This document shows, one piece after another, positions 63,627 through 64,000 of a stretch of 64,000 nt of DNA. The first letter of the stretch is position 1, and each line of letters starts with the position of its first letter. The stretch is from the NCBI GenBank assembly GCA_043228905.1, contig JBHGNT010000041.1:1-64000 (forward strand). The letters are read 5' to 3'. The stretch comes from Azolla caroliniana. Lineage: Eukaryota > Plantae > Polypodiophyta. The notes under the pieces were generated by a model. That model was not told where the DNA came from. It ran no database searches and saw nothing but the letters and a program-made list of their open reading frames with translations. Made by a program: the position numbers and the translations under genes.

Positions 63627-64000
63627 TTACTTGTCCGTTGGTCCTATCGGACCCTTACCGGCCTCATTACGGTTTGCCGTTGCCTCATTCTCCCCCGTTT
63701 CCGCACCGGTTCCCAATCCGGTGTCGGTCCTTTGCTCAAATGGGTTCTTGGGCATCGGTCCTCTATATGGCTTCAATCTGAATCCGTTGACCCATTTGCC
63801 TAGCACTTCGCCGGCAAGTGTCCCTAACTGGTAGGACCCATTATACTCACGTGTCAGCCAATACAGGCCGGTCCATCTAAACCGTAGTTTACTCGGCATC
63901 TTGCCCATCCAGGTCTGAAATACTAACACCGGCTTGCCGATTTCGAACATTTTTTCATTTCCTTTCTGGTGCCGGTCGACAAATGCTTTCCGTCACCGTT
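63627..64000 (-). CDS. Ty3/gypsy integrase C-terminal (GPY/F) domain, partial
   Basis: FEIGKPVLVF..KLRFRWTGLYW...GSYQLGTLAGEVLGKWVNGFRLKPY; no chromodomain. Confidence 0.8.

Overview
This is plant nuclear DNA. A fern or other seed-free vascular plant is inferred from a Tcn1-like chromovirus, a Penelope-like element and a PLS-class PPR gene; the species is not determined. Layout: (1) 1-3860 holds a Penelope-like retroelement (PLE) with no visible endonuclease. Its RT is split into an inverted 5' half (minus strand, missed by the ORF track) and a plus-strand 3' half, followed by a TATA box, a minimal hammerhead ribozyme, (TC)n and a telomere-like array. (2) 7.1-28.2 kb is a nest of Ty1/copia and Ty3/gypsy elements. 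It includes a full-length chromovirus that appears to self-prime and carries a tRNA-like A/B box in its LTR, and a very young copia with an apparently swapped gag. (3) 29.2-50.9 kb has three host genes on the minus strand: VPS11, RING1 (PRC1) and a PLS-E PPR gene. (4) 51.5-53.5 kb is a decaying tandem tRNA-Lys(CTT)-derived array. (5) 53.5-64 kb is a second TE nest, including a gypsy-type LTR whose tRNA-Arg primer-binding site points opposite to all nearby coding sequence. All coordinates were read by hand and no searches were run.
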